From NCBI GenBank assembly GCA_963805625.1, contig CAWDVE010000010.1:736001-800000 (forward strand): DNA of 64,000 nucleotides, read 5' to 3'. The notes under the pieces are model-generated. The model was not told where the DNA came from, did not search any database, and saw only the letters and a program-made list of their open reading frames with translations. The stretch comes from an uncultured Candidatus Rokubacteria bacterium (GTDB taxonomy: Bacteria > Methylomirabilota > Methylomirabilia > Rokubacteriales > DASRDR01). Positions 57,485-64,000 of this stretch are shown here, one piece after another (the first letter of the stretch is position 1; every line of letters begins with the position of its first letter). Made by a program: the position numbers and the translations under genes.

Positions 57485-59047
57485 ATGAGCCAGGACGCCG
57501 AGCCAGCGGGCCGCTTCTACGCCTTCCTGCGGTTCGCGGCACGCTTCTGGATTTGGTTCCTCTTCCGCGAGGTGGCCGTGCGCGAGGCAGGGCGCGTCCC
57601 GTCGAGGGGCCCCGTTCTCCTCTGCGTCAACCATCCCAACAACCTCATCGACTCGCTCCTGGTCGCGGCGGCACTGCCACGGAAGGTCCACTACCTCACC
57701 AACGCCTCGCTCTTCCGGAACCCGATCCTCGCCCGCTTCCTGTCCCGTGCCGGCGCCATCGCCGTCTACCGGCGGCAGGACGACCCGGACCGGCCCGATC
57801 GCAACGCCGAGGCGTTCGCCGCGTCCCGTCAGGCTCTCGCCGCCGGCCACGTGCTCGCGATCTATCCCGAGGGCACCACGCACGCCGAAACTCGCGTCCA
57901 GCGAATCAAGACGGGAGCGGCGCGGATCGCTCTCGACTACGAGACGGCGCGAGCGGCCGCCCAAGCAGCCGGAGGTCCGGACCCCGCTCCGCCGCTCGTC
58001 CTGGTTCCGGTCGGGCTCTCCTTCGAGGCCCGGAAGGCCTTCCGGGGCCGGGTGCTCGTCGCCTTCGGGGAGCCGGTTCCGCTCGGTCTCCACGTGGCGC
58101 GGGCCCGCGAGGAGCCGGTGACAGCCGTCCAGGGTCTGACCGACGCCATCCAGAGCGCGATGGAGGCCGAGGTCGTCCACGTCGACCGGATCGACGTCGC
58201 CCAGGTGGTCCGTGCCATCGAGGATTTGTACCGTGACGAGCTCGTCCGCCAGCTCCGGGCCGAGCGGGGACTTCCCTCCGCGGCGATCGACGTCTTCCGC
58301 CTCTCCCGCGCCATCGTCGAGGCGGTCGCGCATTTCAGGGCGCACGATCCCGATCGGCTCGCCGCGATCTGGCAGCGGATCCAGCGCTACCGCGCGCTGC
58401 TCGCCGAGTGGCACGTGCGCGACCAGGCGGTGGGAGCCCGGCTCCGGAAGGACGAGCCTCACCACCGGCTGCGCTCGTCCGGCGCGGCCGTGCTCGGCCT
58501 TCCCGTCTTCCTCTATGGGACCGTCGTGAACGCGCTTCCGTATCTCATTCCCCGCTGGCTTGCCCGCGCGTTCGCGCGGAAGGAAACCGACTACGCGACG
58601 ATCCGCCTCCTCTCGAGCGTGGTCGCATTCCCCCTCTGCTGGGGGCTCGAGTCCTGGCTCGTCGGGGCGGTCGCGGGGACGGGCTGGGCGCTCGCGTTCG
58701 CGGTCTCCTTGCCCCTGAGCGGTCTCCTCGCCTACCACTATCTCCGCGGTCTCGACCGGCTCCGCGCGAGGACCGGCTTCGCCGTGCTCGCGTTGACCCA
58801 CCGTCAGGCGGCGGCGCGGCTCCTGACCGAGCGCCGGGCAATCCTCACGGCGCTGGAGCAGGCGAAGGCGGAGTTCCTCGCCACGCGGGACGCCGCGCAT
58901 GCGAGCCCGGACCGGCGAAGCCACCGGCCCCTGGCCGCCGCCGGAACGGCGCCACCTCCCACCGTGGCGGAAGACGGTGCGATGGAAGGCCACAGCGCGG
59001 AGCCCGTGCAGTGGGGGCCCCCCGAGAGGCGCGAGCGTCTCCGATGA
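57485..59047 (+). CDS. Lysophospholipid/glycerol-3-phosphate acyltransferase family membrane protein
   Basis: NHPNNLID (HxxxxD), IYPEGT, C-terminal TM helices. Confidence 0.9.
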   Translation: MSQDAEPAGRFYAFLRFAARFWIWFLFREVAVREAGRVPSRGPVLLCVNHPNNLIDSLLVAAALPRKVHYLTNASLFRNPILARFLSRAGAIAVYRRQDDPDRPDRNAEAFAASRQALAAGHVLAIYPEGTTHAETRVQRIKTGAARIALDYETARAAAQAAGGPDPAPPLVLVPVGLSFEARKAFRGRVLVAFGEPVPLGLHVARAREEPVTAVQGLTDAIQSAMEAEVVHVDRIDVAQVVRAIEDLYRDELVRQLRAERGLPSAAIDVFRLSRAIVEAVAHFRAHDPDRLAAIWQRIQRYRALLAEWHVRDQAVGARLRKDEPHHRLRSSGAAVLGLPVFLYGTVVNALPYLIPRWLARAFARKETDYATIRLLSSVVAFPLCWGLESWLVGAVAGTGWALAFAVSLPLSGLLAYHYLRGLDRLRARTGFAVLALTHRQAAARLLTERRAILTALEQAKAEFLATRDAAHASPDRRSHRPLAAAGTAPPPTVAEDGAMEGHSAEPVQWGPPERRERLR

Positions 59048-60048
59048 GCGTCCTCCGCCTCGAAGAACTCTCGGCACCGGCGCTCGACGCGCTCGATCGA
59101 AGCCGGACGCTCGCGGTGGTCGGGGTGAGCCCTCTCGAGCAGCACGGCCCGCACCTGCCCGTCGGCGTCGATTACCTCGTCGCCCGCCACTTCGCCGGGG
59201 CGATCGCCGAGCGCCTCGTCGCGCGGCGGCCCGGGTGGACGGTCCTCCTCACGCCGACCCTCCCGCTGGGTAGCTTCACCTTCGAGGCGGTGGGAACGAT
59301 CGGGGTGCGCCAGCGGGTCGTCCGCGACGCGGTCGTCGACTACGGGCGGGCGCTCGCCCGGGCCGGGTTCCGGTACATCCTGGTGTCGAACGGGCACGCC
59401 GGCCCCGGCCACCTGGTCGCGCTGGAGGAAGCGGCGGCGATCGTGTCCCGCCGCCATCGCGTGGCGATGGCATCGTTCACGGGCCACATGGCGTGGGAGT
59501 TCTTCCGCGGGCGATACCTCGCACGCATCGAGGCGGCGCTGGGACGATCGCTCGCGCCCGACGAGCGGCGCGCCCTCGCCGACGACGCCCACGGCGGATG
59601 GTGGGAGACCTCGCTGATGCTCCTGCTGCGCCCGGAGCTCGTGGACGCTGGCTACCGCGACCTGCCGGCGACGCGCTATCCGCTGGCCCGCCGGGTCCGC
59701 CCCAACTACCCGCTACGGGGCAACGGTCAGGGCTACGTGGGCGACCCGGCGCGCGCCGACCTCGCGTTCGCGAAGGCGACCCTCGAGGTACTCGTGGCCG
59801 AGGCCACCGAGCTGGCCGAGGGGCTGCTCGACGGCCGGCTCGAGGCCCGCCATCTCCGCTCGCCGTTCCGGCTCGTCCCGTTCCTGCGGACCGACTTCTG
59901 GCCGGTCGCCGGCGCTCTCCTCGCGGCCGGCCTGGGGGGCCTCTGGCTCGCCCGGCCCGCCTGGCGTCGCCCGCGGATGGGCGCTCGCGCGAGGTCAGGG
60001 TCCCCTGGTCCGCCTTCTTCCTCCGAGAAAGGAGCTCCGCCTCGATGA
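59044..60048 (+). CDS. Creatininase family amidohydrolase with C-terminal hydrophobic helix
   Basis: EQHGPHLPVGVD, NGHAG, HGGWWETS. Confidence 0.9.
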   Translation: MSVLRLEELSAPALDALDRSRTLAVVGVSPLEQHGPHLPVGVDYLVARHFAGAIAERLVARRPGWTVLLTPTLPLGSFTFEAVGTIGVRQRVVRDAVVDYGRALARAGFRYILVSNGHAGPGHLVALEEAAAIVSRRHRVAMASFTGHMAWEFFRGRYLARIEAALGRSLAPDERRALADDAHGGWWETSLMLLLRPELVDAGYRDLPATRYPLARRVRPNYPLRGNGQGYVGDPARADLAFAKATLEVLVAEATELAEGLLDGRLEARHLRSPFRLVPFLRTDFWPVAGALLAAGLGGLWLARPAWRRPRMGARARSGSPGPPSSSEKGAPPR

Positions 60049-61121
60049 CCGACCGACCGCTCCTGGTCCCCGCCCCCACTCTCAAGGCCTTCATCGTCTC
60101 GGTCTTCGATCGCTGGGGTACGCCCCCTGCCATCGCCGATCTCGCGGCCGACCTGATGGTCCGGACCGATCTCCGCGGCGTGGACTCACACGGGGTGGGC
60201 ATGCTCCCGACGTACCTGAGGTGGTATCGCCGCGGCTGGATCGTGCCGGCCGCGGAGCCGAAGATCACCCGCGACGAGGGAACGACCGCGGTCGTGGACG
60301 GCCAGCAGGCGTTCGGGCACTACACCGCCACCCTGGCCATGGAGCTCGCCGTCGCCAAGGCGCGCGCCCACGGGGTGGGGTTCGTGACCTGCCGCAACTC
60401 GAACCACTACGGGGCGGCGGCCAACTACTCCATGATGGCCCTCGCCCACGACATGATCGGGCTGAGCCTGACCAACTCAGGGCCGGCCGTCGTCCCCACC
60501 TACGGGCGTCAGGCCATGCTGGGCACCAACCCCATCTCCCTCGCCGCGCCGGCGGGCCGCCACTTTCCCTTCGTCCTCGACATGGCAACCAGCACCGTGG
60601 CGATCGGGAAGCTGTCGGTGGCGCTCCGCTGGGGAAAGCCGATCCCGCCTGGATGGGCCCTCGACGAGGAAGGCCAGCCGACGACGGATCCCACCGTCGC
60701 GTACGAGATCCGGCACCTGACCCCGCTCGGCGCGACCCCGGAGCTCGGCGGGCACAAGGGATACGGCCTCGCCGTCATGGTCGACATCCTGTCGGGCGTG
60801 CTCGCCGGCGCGGCATTCGCGGACGTTCGCCGACGCGACCCCAACCCGGTCCGTCCCGACATCGGGCACTTCTTCGGCGCGATCGACATCGCCCGCTTCC
60901 GTGATCCGGATGCCTTCAAGGCCGACATGGATGACCTCCTCCAGACGCTGAAGGACTCGCCGAAGGCCGAGGGGCAAGACCGCATCTACGTCGCCGGCGA
61001 GCCGGAGTGGGAGTGCGAGGAACGTCGGCGCCGCGAGGGAATCCCGATCGCCCCCGGCCTCGTGACGCAGCTCCGCGAGATGTCGGCCGAGACGACAGTC
61101 CCGTTCACGCTCAGCACCTGA
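60045..61121 (+). CDS. Ldh_2 family (malate/lactate/sulfolactate-type) oxidoreductase
   Basis: DLRGVDSHG, NSNHYG, GTNPIS, DMATS, GGHKGYGL. Confidence 0.95.
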   Translation: MTDRPLLVPAPTLKAFIVSVFDRWGTPPAIADLAADLMVRTDLRGVDSHGVGMLPTYLRWYRRGWIVPAAEPKITRDEGTTAVVDGQQAFGHYTATLAMELAVAKARAHGVGFVTCRNSNHYGAAANYSMMALAHDMIGLSLTNSGPAVVPTYGRQAMLGTNPISLAAPAGRHFPFVLDMATSTVAIGKLSVALRWGKPIPPGWALDEEGQPTTDPTVAYEIRHLTPLGATPELGGHKGYGLAVMVDILSGVLAGAAFADVRRRDPNPVRPDIGHFFGAIDIARFRDPDAFKADMDDLLQTLKDSPKAEGQDRIYVAGEPEWECEERRRREGIPIAPGLVTQLREMSAETTVPFTLST

Positions 61122-61131
61122 GGAGGAGCGG

Positions 61132-62124
61132 ATGCCCCAGTTCGCCTACTTCTGCGGTCACGAGCAGTTCCAGCCCGAAGTCCTCCTCGAGCACGCCGTC
61201 CTCGCGGAATCGATGGGCTTCGACGCCCTGACCGTCTCCGATCACTTCCACCCCTGGGTCGACGACGCCTCGGCGTGCGGGTTCGCGTGGACGTGGCTCG
61301 GCGCCCTGGCGGCGCGCACGCGGCGGGTCCGCATCGCGACGGCCGTCACGTGCCCGCTGTTCCACTACCACCCGGGACTCATTGCGCAGGCGGCAGCGAC
61401 TGTCGACCGGCTGTCGGCCGGCCGGTTCGCCCTCGGCGTCGGCACCGGTGAAGGCATCAACGAGCGGCCCCTCGGCTTTCCGTTCCCAGGGTACAAGGAG
61501 CGCGCCGCCCGGATGACCGAGGCGATCGCCATCATGCGGGGTCTCCTGGCGGGCGAGAAGCTCGACTTCGCCGGTACTTACTACCGGACCGACAAGGCCC
61601 GCCTCTACAGCCCGCCGGTCGGCCGGGTTCCCATCTGGATGTCGGCCGGTGGCCCGCAGTCCGCCACGCTCGCCGGCCGAATCGCCGACGGGCTCATCCT
61701 GAGCGTCAAGGTTCCTGCCGAGGCTCGCGAGCAGATCATCGACCCGTTCCGTGCGGCCGCGCGGGAAGCCGGCCACCCCGCGCCAACCCTGGTGGCGCAG
61801 CGCTGGTCGATTCTCGCCGCGGACGAGGACGAGGCGTGGGAAGCCCTCCAGGCCTGGCGCGGGCTCCGCGTGGAAGGCCGTCTGGAGGAGGTCGACCCCG
61901 CCGTGCTGCGGGCTCGCGCCGACGCCATGAACCGACGCGAGATCATCGGAAAGTACGCGTGGGCACGCCGGCCCGAGGATCTCGTCGAGATCTATCGGCC
62001 GCTCGTCGAGGTCGGTGCGGACATCGTCACCATCCAGGTGACCTCCGTCAACCAGCCCAAGACGATCGAGGCGCTCAGTCGAGAGGTCCTTCCGGCATTA
62101 CGTGCCATGGGGGCACGGTCATAA
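61132..62124 (+). CDS. F420-dependent LLM oxidoreductase, G6PDH/Fgd family
   Basis: HEQFQP, SDHFHPW, TAVTCP, GVGTGEGINE. Confidence 0.93.
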   Translation: MPQFAYFCGHEQFQPEVLLEHAVLAESMGFDALTVSDHFHPWVDDASACGFAWTWLGALAARTRRVRIATAVTCPLFHYHPGLIAQAAATVDRLSAGRFALGVGTGEGINERPLGFPFPGYKERAARMTEAIAIMRGLLAGEKLDFAGTYYRTDKARLYSPPVGRVPIWMSAGGPQSATLAGRIADGLILSVKVPAEAREQIIDPFRAAAREAGHPAPTLVAQRWSILAADEDEAWEALQAWRGLRVEGRLEEVDPAVLRARADAMNRREIIGKYAWARRPEDLVEIYRPLVEVGADIVTIQVTSVNQPKTIEALSREVLPALRAMGARS

Positions 62125-62459
62125 AGCTCGCGTTCGTCCTGGCCGCCGTGCTCGCGCTCGCGGGATGCGTTGCGGTCGAGACATCCAGACCGACCTGACC
62201 CCGCTCAACCTCCGAGGCGGGGGCGAGCCGAAGGCCGATGACCCCATCTACGTGCACGATCACGTCCGCGCGCGCCCGGTCCGTCTCTCCGACGGGCAGA
62301 TCCTCTGGCAGGCCGTGTGGCCTCAGGGGCTACCCGGGGGACGAGGCGGCCAAGCTGTCGGACCTCGTGGCCGCCGGGGGCGTGCTCCGGCAGAAGCTCG
62401 CGGTTGCCGCAGAGCGATGCTCGGACGAGCTCGTGGAGTTCTTCCAGGGCGCGGACTGA
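62121..62459 (+). pseudogene. Degraded lipoprotein gene remnant
   Basis: IKLAFVLAAVLALAGC lipobox, with coding-like segments continuing in shifting frames (PIYVHDHVRAR..LSDGQILWQAV; CGLRGYPG...AAERCSDELVEFF). Confidence 0.45.
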
Positions 62460-62507
62460 GCCGCAGACTTCCGATTCCCGCTGCGCCTTCCCTGGCGCGG
62501 CACGCGC

Positions 62508-62936
62508 CTACCGTCCGCGCGCGACTCCGACCGCAAGGAAGAGCACGACGAGGACGAGCAGAAGGACGACCCGATCGAGCGCCCGCACGCCCGACAGGGC
62601 CGCAGCAGGCTCCGTGCCCGCCTCGACCGCGCGAACGGCGCGCGGCAGCACGGCGAAGTCCCGGTGCGCCGCGAGGGCCAGCAGCGCGAGGACGACCACG
62701 AGCTTGGCCGCCAACCATGGGCTGACCAGCGGCACGCGCCGGAGGTTCTCGAGGCCCGTCACGACGAGGATGGCGAGGGCTGCCCAGGCCTCGACGCGGC
62801 CCCGTACCAGCAAGGCGAGGCCATCGCGAGCACCGCGCGAGACCGCCGGCAGGACGAGGTGGCTCGCGTAGAGCGCTCCCCCGGCCCAGGCCACGGCAGC
62901 CACGACGTGCAGCCAGACGACGACCAGCCGAAGCAT
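62508..62936 (-). CDS. CopD/DUF4149-like four-helix membrane protein
   Basis: WLHVVAAVAWAGG, LVVTGL, KLVVV..AHRDF. Confidence 0.75.
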   Translation of the reverse strand: MLRLVVVWLHVVAAVAWAGGALYASHLVLPAVSRGARDGLALLVRGRVEAWAALAILVVTGLENLRRVPLVSPWLAAKLVVVLALLALAAHRDFAVLPRAVRAVEAGTEPAAALSGVRALDRVVLLLVLVVLFLAVGVARGR

Positions 62937-62943
62937 CGGGGGC

Positions 62944-63633
62944 CTACCGCGCGAGCATCGCCGCCAGCGCGGACTCCTGATCCGAGAAGTCGACGAACAC
63001 GTGATCGGGCCGGTGGGCGGCCAGATCCTCAAGGGTGTGCCAGCCGGTCGCCACCGCGATCGCCATCGCCCCGAACGCCCGCGCGCACCCGATGTCCCGC
63101 GGCGTGTCGCCGATGATCACCGTGTCCGGCCCGCGGAACGCCCGGCCCACGAGCCGCTCGGCCCGCCCGGCCGCCACCTGCGGGAGCCGGGTGCGGTCGG
63201 CATCGTCGGACCCGTACGCGCCCAGCCGAAAGTGCGGCCACAGACCGGTGGGGCGTAGCTTGATCCGGGCCCCGGCCTCGATGTTGCCGGTGAGGAGTCC
63301 GACCACCACGTCGTCGCGCGCGGCCAGGGTCTCCACCAGCGCGCGAACCCCGGGGTAGACGCTCACCCCGCGCCCGTCTCCGATCTCCGTCTCGAGCAAC
63401 GCTTCGTAGCGACGGTATGCCGCCGTCTCGCCGGCGGCGATCGCCGACTCGCCCATGCCCGCGCGCCCGAGGAGGTCGCGGATGATCTGCGGGTCGGTTC
63501 CGCCCCGGAAGTCGTAGCCATCGATCGGGCCCGCCGTGCCGTACACATCCCGCAGGGCCTGGTCGAGCGCCCGCCGCCCCGCCCCGCTCGCGGTCAGAAG
63601 GGTGCCGTCGATGTCGAACAGGACGAGCTTCAC
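62944..63633 (-). CDS. HAD superfamily hydrolase
   Basis: LFDIDGTLL, LLTGN, IGDTPRD. Confidence 0.93.
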   Translation of the reverse strand: MKLVLFDIDGTLLTASGAGRRALDQALRDVYGTAGPIDGYDFRGGTDPQIIRDLLGRAGMGESAIAAGETAAYRRYEALLETEIGDGRGVSVYPGVRALVETLAARDDVVVGLLTGNIEAGARIKLRPTGLWPHFRLGAYGSDDADRTRLPQVAAGRAERLVGRAFRGPDTVIIGDTPRDIGCARAFGAMAIAVATGWHTLEDLAAHRPDHVFVDFSDQESALAAMLAR

Positions 63634-63652
63634 GGACGCGGCAGTTCCGGGG

Positions 63653-64000
63653 TCACGCGAAGGGAGACACCGCTCGAAGCCGCTCCACGATGGGCGGAAG
63701 ATCCGACAGGACCACGTCGATCTCATCGGGGGTCGTCCAGCGCCCGAGGGTGAAGGCGAGGGCGCCCTGCGCCTCGCGCTCGCCGAGACCCATGGCCTGC
63801 AGCACGTGCGAGGGCTCTCCGGTCAGAGCCCCGCACGCCGTGCCGGACGCCGCGGAGATACCAGCTAGATCGAGGGCCAGCACGAGGCTCTCGCCCTTCA
63901 CGTTCGAGACGGCGAACCCCGCGTGCTGAGGGAGGCGGTCCCGGCGGGGCCCCACGAGCCGCAAGGAGGGGCACCGGACCTCCAGGCCGTCGACCAGCCG
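63653..64000 (-). CDS. iscS: Cysteine desulfurase (IscS/NifS), 3' part
   Basis: GESLVLALDLAGISAASGTAC...PSHVLQAMG...FTLGRWTT. Confidence 0.88.
   Translation of the reverse strand, partial: RLVDGLEVRCPSLRLVGPRRDRLPQHAGFAVSNVKGESLVLALDLAGISAASGTACGALTGEPSHVLQAMGLGEREAQGALAFTLGRWTTPDEIDVVLSDLPPIVERLRAVSPFA

Noticed and set aside
62196-62198. TGA as a second selenocysteine codon
   Set aside because: The in-frame sequence after it looks non-coding and no redox or Cys-equivalent context is apparent; a decayed gene is more parsimonious.

Overview
High-GC, gene-dense bacterial chromosomal window. The content (many sigma54 regulators, multi-GAF kinase, F420 genes, Tat-exported peptide-binding protein, LPS/outer-membrane genes) resembles Ca. 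Rokubacteria/Methylomirabilota, but that is inference only. About 60 CDSs: a sigma54 RR-HK-lipoprotein-OmpA locus, HelY-like helicase, Mrp-LonN-PDZ-sigma54 RR-REC locus, CoA-transferase-like pair, Dpp-type ABC genes, LPS genes (GT4, MsbA-like, O-antigen ligase), NadE, a 2065-aa 8xGAF hybrid kinase with REC and REC-cyclase partners, VapBC, GlnA and an F420 biosynthesis/utilisation cluster with a CofC-CofE fusion. Top candidate for something new: the CoA-transferase alpha subunit is interrupted by one in-frame TGA (17987-17989) followed by a SECIS-like hairpin, and its beta subunit appears to lack the canonical catalytic Glu, suggesting a selenocysteine enzyme with altered chemistry. Also visible: a c-di-GMP-I riboswitch controlling an uncharacterised HExxH lipoprotein, four sigma54 -24/-12 promoters with candidate enhancer sites, and a GAF array with near-identical DNA linkers and a shuffled domain order. 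No rRNA, tRNA, CRISPR array or transposase was seen. All calls are by-eye motif recognition; no database search was run.
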